From: Epiperipatus broadwayi
Lineage: Eukaryota > Animalia > Onychophora
DNA: 64,000 bases
NCBI GenBank assembly: GCA_028023455.1
Contig: JAQFVV010000004.1
Span: forward strand, 18,352,001-18,416,000
Direction of reading: 5' to 3'
Shown in pieces: positions 1 through 10,990 of the stretch. Each line of letters starts with the position of its first letter. The stretch's first letter is position 1. The notes under the pieces were generated by a model, which saw nothing but the letters and a program-made list of their open reading frames with translations, made no database searches and was not told the DNA's origin. Both the position numbers and the translations under genes were made by a program.

Positions 1-432
1 AAACGGGCAGAGCAAACTAAAATCACTCATCTAGTAATAGTATTTGTCAGACCCACTTTTATTCGATGGTGTTTTGCAATGCTAGTTTCAAATTAGTTAT
101 TGGTCTGATTATATCATAATTGAAATTTATGTAGCAAAATACACAGAAATTTCTATTAAAGCTTTAAATATATATATACACACACACAAATATGTGTAAT
201 GTTTAATGATTTAGCATTAAAAATGAAACTTACGTAAATAAAATATGCAAATTCTGTTTTTAACCAATATATAAAGATGTGTTTTTGTTACAATATATAG
301 TGTTCATTATAATAAAATAATGATTAAAAAACAATTAAACCCTATCTCACAATGCAACTTATTCAGCTGCTTGGCCCCTTAGAATAAAAATATGATTGTG
401 GCAAGTAAGAATTGGTCCTTGGAGAAATTGGT

Positions 433-531
433 CTAAGTTTTTGGACTCTTGGGAGCTGTCTTTTTCTTTGGTGAAGTTGTAGCAGAAGCCAAACGTAACT
501 GAACTGTCATCAAATCATTATTAATTTCAGA
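433..531 (-). CDS. JARID2: JARID2 last coding exon (SEINNDLMTVQLRLASATTSPKKKTAPKSPKT-stop)
   Basis: Acceptor tttag at 532-533, 33 codons ending in TAG at 433-435; continues in phase 0 from the 10140-10247 exon. Confidence 0.8.
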   Translation of the reverse strand, partial: SEINNDLMTVQLRLASATTSPKKKTAPKSPKT

Positions 532-869
532 CTAAATAATAAAAATAATTAAAATATATTTATAACATATAAAACAATTTTACATATATTGTATACATCA
601 AAATCAGTTTGATTATTCTATAGAAAACAGACAGTTTAAAAATAAAAAATAATTAAAGACTTAATTCTATATTAAATTGAATATATTAAGTCACAAAAAA
701 TTAAAGTTTATTTTGGAAGTATTAAAAAAAACTTATCTATTTCTAACTTTACTTTTTTAGATTTATTTTCAAAATAAATCACATCTTTCTTTCTGATTTC
801 CTTTTGTATATACATTATGTAATTGTCAAGAATTGTTTTATAACCCACCTCTTAATAAAATAAATAATT

Positions 870-1690
870 TTTGATACTTTTGCAGAAGCTGTACGATGGA
901 AGATTGCCAACCATGTTTGTTTTAATTATTCATTTACAGGGCTATCAAAAATATTTTGCAAACAATATGGCTTACTAAAAGCTATCACATTTAATGTTAT
1001 TTTTTTAATAGGATTCTAAAAAACAACAACAACAAAAAAATACACACAACTACAAATGATTGTAATTAAAAGAAATTTAATATAAAAAACAACTGAAACA
1101 GCTGATCAAAGAAAGTATAGCAAAAATGTGTGATAAATTGGGTTCTTCATGTCAGCGGGCAGAAATCCTTAATAGCGGGCATCATAGCCACAAATACATC
1201 TTTATCTTTATGCAGTCGGTGCAACATAAATTCTGCTAAATAGGAATTGATGTGTTATTTCGCAGTTCCCCTGTACTTTTTGTTTCTTCTATCATTGGAA
1301 GATCCAAAATTTTAATCATTTCCACAAAAAAACAAGTAAAGTAAAAGCTCAAAAATAATATTACACTGAATATAATAAAATGCTGCCAAATAATGACAAC
1401 AATGTTCCCAACATGTTTATATTCATATACTATCATATACATAAAAAAAAATATTAATTATATGTCACGAAATGGAATTTATAACCCATTTAGTAATATT
1501 TTTTTGAAGGTAACAGTACCTTATAATTCATTTTCTTAATATTGTTTAATTTTAATAAGTAACACATGTTCGGTAAAATATTTTTGAGAAAATAAATATA
1601 AACAAACAGTTGAGGCCTCTGAAAATGGATACCTAAAACAATCATGGTTGGCGAATTTCCATCATACAGCTTCCACAAAAGTACCCTTTA
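870..1690. repeat. Old foldback element with diverged ~90-bp inverted arms
   Basis: 870-960 (tacttttgcagaagctgtacgatggaagattgccaaccatg) is the diverged reverse complement of ~1610-1690. Confidence 0.55.
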
Positions 1691-4600
1691 TTATAGTTAA
1701 AAGAATAATCAATTAACAAAAATTATTACAAGTCATTCACAAATTAGCAGATAACAAAGATGAAAATGGAGTTTTTCAAATGTGAACAATAGTAAGAGAA
1801 AATCAGAATTAAAAATAGAAAAATTGAAACAGAACACTATTTCAACTATTTTATCCAGAAAAAAAAGACAATGACATAGTTGAAAATAATTTTAGTCTTT
1901 GTAAATCTCTAAATTATATTTAAACTCCAAACTTACCCAAGACATTTGGAGAAAGATGGCTTAGGCCAAATTGTGGTAGAATGAAACTTTTCAGTAATTG
2001 GTCATGTTGAAATTTTGAACAAATTTAATTTTTCAAAATTCGGAGATATTTGGGAGCTGTGCTTTTCGTTGCTAGTCATCTTACCAGTTATAGCAATTTG
2101 ATTTTTGTGTTAAAGGAAGATAACTTTAAAAATATCTGGAGTTTTTTTTTATTTGTGCTCTGTCTATAATTTCATTTATTAGCTATAATTTCAATATTGA
2201 CCGAATTAACTAATTAATTTGTCAAGCTTTTTTTCTCATCTGTCAATGACTAACCACATAAATTCGAAAGGAACTTTGCTTTGGGATGTAAAGACAATAA
2301 TTCAACATCAATATTTATAATTTAATATTTTAATGGACTATTAAAAACATTATTTTTTTGACTTTTTTTTTTATTCAACTTCTTTTCAATTATAACAGAG
2401 TGATGATTTAAATTCATTTTCTAATATGGCTTCTGCTGCTATTTCCTCTTCTTTCTTATGTTAGAACTGGTACACTCTAAATGTTGAGTAAAACTTTTTA
2501 TGAGACTTAATCAAATAAAACAGATTTATCCGCAAGAATCTTCAATGAATGAAAAAGTTAACACCTAGTGAAAAAATACTTACAATAAAAAGTTTTCTAT
2601 ATTTTAGCCTATTTTAACAAATTATACAGTGAGGTCTACTACAATAAACAATAGAATGGCAGACAATTTTGCCTGTTTATTTATATAGTGAAAATATATT
2701 GTTCTTAATTTTTTTTTTTTCCTTATTCAGCTGCGTAAATATAATTGCGGCCATCAGCCCAAAAAATCTGAGTTAGAAAAGTGATTACATTATTATGGAA
2801 AAAAAAAATACATTTCCAAATAAAAAAGCTATAAAATTGTCAACAAACAAAAATACTATTATGAATATCATTAGTTGATATAGGAAATATGTGCGCAACA
2901 TGTTTTAGCAACTTTTTGAAAAACATTATTTAAAAAAAAAAAAAAATCCAAGCAAGAAAGTGAAAGTAAAATAATTTATTACATCAAATTTATTTTTGCC
3001 TTTAAAAAATCATATAACTTTCACTATGAGGCAAAAAAAAAATTTCCCAAACAAAAAAGTAGGAGTTCTATAAATGATATGGCTAAAGCAATGTTTTGTG
3101 AATTTTTATTATATGGATATTTATATTTGAATCAAATAAAATATCTGTTATAGATTAAAAATAAAAATAATAATAGCATTTGTTTCTTTGATGACAAAAA
3201 AAAACACGATTTCATTTTCAATTTTACCATGAAAAATAGTAGAATTCTTCACGAGGAAAGAAACCATAATAAAAGAAAAATCGAAGTAATTTTGATAAAC
3301 AGAAATCTTTAATTACTAGACTAAGTGTGAATGCTAAAATATATGAATCTCACATAATGACATTTACTTCCGCTAAATTTAAAAGATTTCCAATTAAAAA
3401 TGCTTACGAAAATAACTGAAAATACTTCTGCATTTAGTAAGTTATTTGCAAGATTTATTATAATCATTAATGCTTTATTATATTCTTATAATTTAAATGG
3501 CAGTTTGGATGTTAACTTTGTTCTAAGTTGTGGATATGAAACAGATTAACTGTAAATCTATTATACTTGATGGATTATATAACAAATGATCTTCTGGAAT
3601 CAATTAATTTCTTATAGCAGATCTCTTTACTTAAATCATATTTAAATTATTTTTGATGCAAATAACTGATATTAAGCTTTCTTACTGGGAACAAAAATAA
3701 TATTTTTATATATATTTTAGATTTAACAAGTTTACTTGCTAAAATTCAATCCAGATACTTCAGATATGTAGTAACAAAGCAGAAAGCTATATTTATAATG
3801 ATGATTAGTTGTCGTTGTTGTTTTTTTTAATAAATGGCAATATTATTTTGAGATATAATTTTGTGAATTGATCGAGCTGCTTTTCAGCTGATAAATATAA
3901 TAATTAGAATTATTTTTATTCTATACTTTTTTTAAAATTTGATATATGGCTGATTACATAATCAAAACACTTTGAAAGTAAAACTTTGCATTAACAAATT
4001 CTAATATTAATTTTCTGAGAATTAACAATATGGTTTTTTTTTTAAAAAAAAAAAAAGATAAAAAAATACTGTAATCAAACATAAAATCAGTAAAATAACT
4101 TTTTTAGATAATAAAATTTTATCATATCTCTCTCTTTTTTTTTTTTTTAGAAATGATTTAATATATGAAAAATCCCTAATATTAGTATAACAATAAGGAC
4201 AATACCCCCTGATATTTAATTCCACCTGAAGATAATTAATTATCAAAATAATGATTTGTATTTTAGTAAATAATAAATTATTAATAGATTGTTCATTTCT
4301 CAGCTTCTTACGATTATTCCATTAATAAAATTAAAACTTTACCAAACTAAGGATGTATGTAGCCTAAAATTTGTTCTGTAGTATTGATCATTTACTAAAA
4401 TTGATCAGTACAGTTTGCTCACAGGGTTGAATGTAGCATATTACACATATAAATGTAAAATAGCATAAGACCATCTTTTCTTCAGAAGTTCGTAGATAAA
4501 CAGTGATAGAAAAACATTAGCAATTGCTAAATGGATTGATTTTAAGTAGTTATCCATCTTTGTTTTGTCCTCTAGTTAAAAATACAGATATCTAAATATT

Positions 4601-5189
4601 GGCCAATATTGAATAATGACCTACATTAATTATCTGGAGAAAAAAAAAACCACAGCACGATCAGAACCTGAAAAAAGATTTGCTATAGGTTATGGCCATG
4701 ATAATAAAATGTATTAATTACCGTGCAATGAGATCATTTCCGGTCTTGATTAATTAATCATGATAATGTTAGGAAAACACTATACTTTCTCTCTCTCTCT
4801 CTCTTTTTTGTAAAATATGTAAATAGTGTTTTAACTTTCAGATGAGATAAATTTTTTTCAGTTATTTTTAAAAAATATTTTAAACTTTAATTAATATGAA
4901 ATGATTTCTTTTCTATTAAAAGCAGTGTAATATTAGAAATTTAATTTAAAATTAAAATTAAATCCACAGCTCATGATAAAACACAAGCAGCTCTCCATTC
5001 TACTGCCATTTAACGTAAGTTTAAGTAATCAATGATTATCATTATGTATTTAAATTCCTATTTTCAAACTAGTATCTGGCTTTTACTTTTATCAATGAGA
5101 CTTGGGATTTAAAGTTGGAAAAGTTATGCAATCAGCAATCATCTTTAATCCATTTTATTAGTCAAGCCAACAACTTAAAATTGACATCA

Positions 5190-5975
5190 GCAGCTTTTGA
5201 AGCTATCAACCTGCTTCAACAGTTATATAAATCTGACTCCAATTTAGTAACTATATATTTTAGTACTCCCTGGCTAAGAATGCCAATAACAACAAATCAT
5301 TTAACTCCCGATTCATACAATATGACAAAAATTAAAGCAGCTTCCACTCTAAGTAAATTAACCAATGATTGCCAAATAAATTTAAATCCTCATCCCCAGA
5401 CAGGTTTATTGGAAGTAATGTGGGCTAACTTGGGCTCTTAGACTGATTTGAATTTCAAGTTTTTAACTAGACAGGCAAAATGAAGTTAAAAGTGATTATG
5501 GATGCATGATCACATTATTTCCAACTTTAAACCTAAATCCTGGTGACAAAAGTAAAACCCAAAAAAATAACCTGGGGATTTAAATGCATTGGCAAATCTT
5601 TGTTTACTCAAGCTTAGAATAGGTGGTGCTAGAGTGGGAAGCCGTTTTTGATTCGTCATATTGTGTGAGCTGGGGAATTGAGTTATTTGTTCCTTTATTA
5701 ATATTCCTAGAAAAGGAGAATAAAATGTCTATAGTCAAAAAAAGAAGTGAGAAGGGAAGATTCTAAAATATATAACTAATGAATTGGAGACCGATTTATC
5801 TACATTAATTTGTTTTAAAACTGTAAGCTGGTTTGAATTTCCAGTAAATAGAGTTAAAGGAAAATGAGTACTAAATGTAGTACTGCATCACTTCCAACTT
5901 TAAATCCTGAGCCTTATTGATAAGCAAAATCCAGAAATCAGTCAGAAGATAGAATTTAAATGCATCTAATAATCA
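5190..5975. repeat. Decayed inverted-plus-tandem repeat, ~380-bp period (Penelope-style layout)
   Basis: 5445-5600 recurs at ~5827-5975 (tttgaatttc, ttccaactttaaa, atttaaatgcat); ~5190-5440 is a diverged reverse complement of ~5505-5800. Confidence 0.5.
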
Positions 5976-6129
5976 TTGATTTATTGAATCTTCCAGAGTG
6001 AAGAATTGTTTTTATTTTAATTAATACTGATGCTAACATTTGTAATAATAGTGAAATAAAATATATATTTTAGTACATATAAAGTACTATAGATGGCAGC
6101 ATACCATTAATAAATTTTAAAAAAAAAAA

Positions 6130-6325
6130 AGATAAGGGGGATTTAGATATAAAGGGTATAGAATTGACAAAGATTATGTTGTGGAAATGGGATAGAGCAG
6201 ATTATGGGTAAATTTAGAGTGGGGAATGTAAAATAAAGTGGCTAACAGGTTTATCTGGGCATAATTGCTGAGATATTCTTGACTTCGTTTAAGGAGAAGC
6301 CATAATACATCACATCACATCACAA
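6130..6325 (+). mobile_element. 5'-truncated LINE 3' end with (CACAT)n tail
   Basis: Aligns with 43977-44170 (gataagggggatttagatataaag...aaagtggctaacaggt...aaggagaag); ends in catcacatcacatcac. Confidence 0.8.
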
Positions 6326-7111
6326 AAACAATTTTAATCTACCATGTAAAATATAATTTTATTTAATTAAAAAAAGGGACACATAATATTTAATTATTAT
6401 GCATATTATTTAAATTCTACATTTATAACAATTAATATATACATAAAATATTTTATATTAAATAATTAATATTTCCTTGTGGATAATTTTTAAATTACAT
6501 TTAAATTTAAAGTTCTTAATATTACTGAAGAAGTTTTAAAAACTTCCTTAGACAATACTTAAAAAATTAAAGATGACTTTATAAAAATGTCACATACTTG
6601 TTCTAATAAGAATAATATATTGCAGTAAGGTTATAAACAAAAAAACAAATGTTAAATATTAAATAAAGAAATGATAAGCTTAGAGACAGTAATCAAATGT
6701 AATTTAAAGATCTTAATATTATTGCATAAGTTTGAAAAATTTATAAATAATGCTCATCTATCTAATATATTGTTTTACTTTGATTGTTTTTGTTACCACT
6801 AACAGCTTCTTCACCCAGCATGTTAAAGCGCTTGTATATACTACTATACAATATTGTAATAAGACTATAAATAATAATAAAAAACAAATGCTACAGATAT
6901 CAAATGGAGGAACGATAAACTTTTTGATAATAATCAATTGTAATTTTAAATAATCATTCAATTTTTTTTATAAAAGTCAATATATAATGCAGTTATTATT
7001 TTAACTAAATTATATACATTAAAATTTGTTTTTAATTTTAGCCTAAAACTACACACCAACAAATATCTGCTATTTTGTGAAATATCTATTAATATATTCT
7101 CTTTTTTTTTT

Positions 7112-7786
7112 GTTTATAAAAATTGTTTATAGTGGGATTTGAACTTAGGATTTTCAGACTAAATTTATCCTTCACTTTATCTCAAACAACTGATATATAT
7201 GACCACACATATGTGAAAAAGAATAAATGATCCCAATATGTGTATTTCATGCAGAACCAGCATTCATCAGTTGGACTAGATCGTAATCTCCCACATGTAT
7301 GTACATACAATCAGTGCTTGGCTTACATTAAAAAAACAATTGGTTACATCATAATATAAGTTCATCTCATTCCTTTGCTATTAATATAAATGGATACGTA
7401 CTAGTACGATAATATGAGGGGTTAGAATGACATAATGTCTACATGAGTATGACTATAATATCAAAACCATCAAGGGCTTTGAACATTCCATCATTGGTTT
7501 TTCAATGAAATGGATGATTGAATTGTTAGAAGCGTGAGAAGATTGAAGCCTGTCCATTAAAATTTAAGGAATTGCTATCTTAATATAAGACGAGCACTAT
7601 GTGTTAGAGATTATGATCTGGCTAAACTATGAGTGATGGTTCTGCATGAAATATTTATATTGGGAATCATTTATTTTTATCACATGTGTGTGATCATGTG
7701 TATCAGTGTATGAGATGGAGTGGAGAATGAATGTAATCTGAAAATCCTAAGTTCCAATCCCTCTATTTACATTTGTTATATTGAAT
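7112..7786. mobile_element. Head-to-head inverted element carrying hammerhead ribozymes (probable Penelope-like relic)
   Basis: ~7112-7305 is a diverged reverse complement of ~7597-7786; each arm contains a hammerhead motif, intact in the left arm and decayed in the right. Confidence 0.7.
7231..7275 (-). ncRNA. Minimal type I hammerhead ribozyme
   Basis: Minus strand reads TCCAA CTGATGA ATGC-tggttct-GCAT GAAA T-acac-A TA TTGGG: exact core, perfect 4-bp stem II, 2-bp stem III, 5-bp stem I, AUA cleavage triplet. Confidence 0.8.
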
Positions 7787-7963
7787 GAATAGGTTAATTA
7801 AAAATTGTTTATATAAATATATTTATTTATTATCATTTAAATTTCACTACCATTTAATATATATATATTCAAACTACTGTGGTTATTTCAATACATTATT
7901 TCTTAAAATCAAAACTACCCCAAATCCAAAATTAAACCAGACCAGCATAAAAATAATATTAAA

Positions 7964-8007
7964 ACACAACCTAAGGTTTCACTGCTACAAGCAGACTTCT
8001 CAAGTGT
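7964..8007 (-). ncRNA. Identical inverted copy of the U3-A8 hammerhead
   Basis: Exact reverse complement of 8912-8955. Confidence 0.6.
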
Positions 8008-8481
8008 AAAGAACTACCAAAAACTACACAATATATATAATATTAAAAACTACCCACAAATCCATTCACTTCCCATCCACCCTTAATATTAAAAGAACTC
8101 TTAAATAAGTTAATTGCTTCAGAATAATAAATTTTCAATAATAAAGACTCTTTAATTCTTCTTTTGATTTCATTTCTCTCAAAGAAGACAACCTTAGCTT
8201 CATCAAAATCAATAGTGTGGCCTGTATCTTTTTCATGGACATACAAAGCAGAACTAAGATATCTATTTTTAACTCTATTAAAAACTACCCACAAATCCAT
8301 TCACTTCCCATCCACCCTTAATATTAAAAGAACTCTTAAATAAGTTAATTGCTTCAGAATAATAAATTTTCAATAATAAAGATTCTTTAATTCTTTTTTT
8401 GATTTCATTTCTCTCAAAAAAGACAATCTTAGCTTCATCAAAATCAATAGTGTGGCCTTATCTTTTTCATGGACATACAAA

Positions 8482-8876
8482 GGGGTGTTACATTGAATAA
8501 TTTATTAAATAATACAAAAGCGATTTTTGATAGAAAGACTATTCCTGGTGTAGTATATTTTATTCCTTGTTTATTTTGTAAGAAGGTTTACTTAGGTCAG
8601 AGTAGTTTGAGTTTAAATGAAAGAATAAAGGTTCATAAAAGTAGAGTTAAAAATAGATATCTTAGTTCTGCTTTGTATGTCCATGAAAAAGATACAGGCC
8701 ACACTATTGATTTTGATGAAGCTAAGGTTGTCTTCTTTGAGAGAAATGAAATCAAAAGAAGAATTAAAGAGTCTTTATTATTGAAAATTTATTATTCTGA
8801 AGCAATTAACTTATTTAAGAGTTCTTTTAATATTAAGGGTGGATGGGAAGTGAATGGATTTGTGGGTAGTTTTTAA
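8482..8876 (+). pseudogene. Penelope-type GIY-YIG endonuclease C-terminus (RT missing)
   Basis: GVVYFIPCLFCKKVYLGQS (GIY..YIG variant with CxxC), conserved R, H, H and KES residues, and the TLxNLL linker typical of PLE endonucleases. Confidence 0.9.
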
Positions 8877-8911
8877 TATTATATATATTGTGTAGTTTTT
8901 GGTAGTTCTTT

Positions 8912-8955
8912 ACACTTGAGAAGTCTGCTTGTAGCAGTGAAACCTTAGGTTGTGT
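8912..8955 (+). ncRNA. Hammerhead ribozyme with U3-A8 variant core (PLE 3' region)
   Basis: ACAC TTGAGAA GTCTGCT-tgt-AGCAGT GAAA CC-tta-GG TT GTGT: stems I, II and III present, GUU cleavage triplet. Confidence 0.6.
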
Positions 8956-9378
8956 TTTAATATTATTTTTATGCTGGTCTGGTTTAATTTTGGATTTGGG
9001 GTAGTTTTGATTTTATATTGACTAGTTTAGCTTTATGCTTGTAATTAATTATTTCTTAAGAAAAGAAAACAAAATTTTAGTCAATCATAGCAGTTTAAAA
9101 ATAATAATCAAATATTGCTTCAATATATTGCTAAGTGAAGCTGTTCTTAACAATCATTTTATACTATAATATTAAATTGAAAAACAAAATAGTAATTTAC
9201 TACATAATTTCTTTATTAATAAATTTTACTTTTTCTTTCAACTTTTCTTAAGTTCAGAATTGATTTTTCTCCTTTTTGAATGACCCAAAATGAGTTGTTG
9301 TTTTTTTTTTGTTCTGTTTCAAGATTTTTAGTGTTCTTAGGAGTTACACTCATTTAAATAAACAATTAGTAAATCTTA

Positions 9379-9745
9379 AAAGCCAGTTATCCCTGTAGTA
9401 ACTTTTCCGATATCTCTCGCTTGAAATTATTTCACCCAAAGGCCGAAAGGATCGATAATCCGCACTTTCGCGACCCGTATCCATACAGAAAATACAGGTT
9501 GGATGAGCATTTGCCCTTTCGTTCTGGGCAAGATTTCCGATCTCGCCGAGTCCGCCTTAAGACACCCGCGTTACATTTTGATGATGTACCGCCCCAGTCA
9601 AACTCTCCTGCCGAACCAGTTTCTGTCACTGAGAAGGACAGCTCGAAAGTAGGCAGTCAGCAAGGATAACAAAGGAAACGGCCGCAGTAGTAATGTTTCA
9701 AAATCCGGCAGAGAATCTTTCGCCCCCCCCCCCGCCTCCCATGTA
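9379..9745 (-). rRNA. 28S (LSU) rRNA fragment, domain V, isolated pseudogene copy
   Basis: Minus strand contains GAGTTTGACTGGGGCGGTACA and GAAAAGTTACTACAGGGATAACTGGCTT (universal LSU motifs); flanks are AT-rich intron with no other rDNA. Confidence 0.9.
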
Positions 9746-10139
9746 AATTTTTATTATTTTAATTGAATTTGATGATTGATGTTACTTTTTTATTTCATTA
9801 ATTTTTAAGATAGTTAACAGTATTTGATAGATGATGGCTAAATGAAGAATGATCAGATATTAAATACAGTCAGAGTAAAGGTGTCAAGTTAGTCGGAGTG
9901 TAAAGTGATGCTGACTGCAATATCGTCGCTCGAGCAGATATTAAAACTCTTTTGGGTTCTCAAACCATAGTTCACCATTACACATAAATAACCATAAAAA
10001 AACCATATAACAGTTACAAAATAGTAAGAGCTAGATTGCAATTTATCTAAATTTTTATATAGGTTACCATAAAATGCAAACTTTTTTTTTAAAAAACTGA
10101 ATAAAGTCTGCTACAAATATTTTATCAATAAAGACATAC

Positions 10140-10247
10140 CTGATCAAGACGATAAAGCAATTTCCAATTTTTAAAATTCTTCCTCTTTTGTAACAAGTTA
10201 ATAGCATGCTGCAGACAATAGACACTTTCTTCTAATTCATTGACAAC
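10140..10247 (-). CDS. JARID2: JARID2 exon, second half of zf-C5HC2 (VVNELEESVYCLQHAINLLQKRKNFKNWKLLYRLDQ)
   Basis: Polypyrimidine tract plus AG acceptor, gtatgt donor, 108 nt in phase 0/0; resembles JARID2 ENVVFCLECAL...LKLMYRYDE as recalled. Confidence 0.9.
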
Positions 10248-10719
10248 CTTATAAAAAAAAAAAAGAACACACACAATAAAAACTATTAAACACCAATATG
10301 TATGTATGTGTGTTTGTGCATGAATTTAAAAAAAATCGGTATCCATTATAAAAACTGACTTTTTCATTTTTAATGAACACAACATAAATTATTGCAAAAT
10401 ATTTTTTCAATTGTAATTTTTATAAATGCACAAACTAGCATAAATTAAAACTAATGTTATATAAATAAATTTCTAAACAACATGCACAGTTATCCATCAA
10501 ATCTGACTTACATCAGGATATTGATTACTATATGCTTTTTAAATATAAGATTAGTGTATAAGCTAAAACTGGAAAAATTAACACAATTACTATAGAATAA
10601 TTAGATAACAAATGTAGCTTGTTAAAAAAAAAAACATACTACTAATATTTTGTGAGGATATATTTTATGGACAACAGAAAAGATTTGAAGTAATCAAATG
10701 CATATTTGTTGATTTGAAA

Positions 10720-10990
10720 CTAAATAATCTTAGTATTTTACAAGAATTTTATACTCTTTATATATAGTATGCGGCATTAGTCATACCATATATATCATCC
10801 GCAGTATAGTCTTTTGTTTCTTTGAATAAGCATAATTATATGGATTATGCTGGAAACACAATGGGGTCATCATTCGAATTAACTAACATTTCTTTCACAA
10901 CTTAACCAACTTGGCTTTTCGAGTATAATGTTAAAAAGCAAATTCACAAAAATCCATTTGTTAATTAAATGGTTAGCGAGCAAATATTAA
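10720..10990 (-). mobile_element. Possible pogo/Tigger transposase remnant
   Basis: Minus-strand KDYTADDIYGMTNAAY resembles the YxxxDIFNxDETGLFY motif of DDE_1 transposases; heavily decayed. Confidence 0.35.

Larger units (their letters stand above)
7904..9015 (+). mobile_element. 5'-truncated Penelope-like element with inverted and tandem pseudo-LTR copies
   Basis: GIY-YIG ORF end plus 3' region on + (8482-9015); exact inverted copy at 7904-~8277; second inverted partial copy at ~8278-8481. Confidence 0.9.

Noticed and set aside
58-63. AATAAA on the minus strand as the JARID2 poly-A signal
   Set aside because: Expected by chance at this AT content; needs 3' end data.
1616-1650. CTGAAAA TGG-ata-CCT AAAAC as a decayed hammerhead in the 870-1690 foldback
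   Set aside because: Two core mismatches, no stem I, and the other arm does not support it.
6524-6550. CTGAAGA followed by a hairpin
   Set aside because: No GAAA and no stem I or III; a chance match.
9421-9669. ORFs on both strands (82 aa and 65 aa)
   Set aside because: They are incidental frames over the 28S rRNA fragment.
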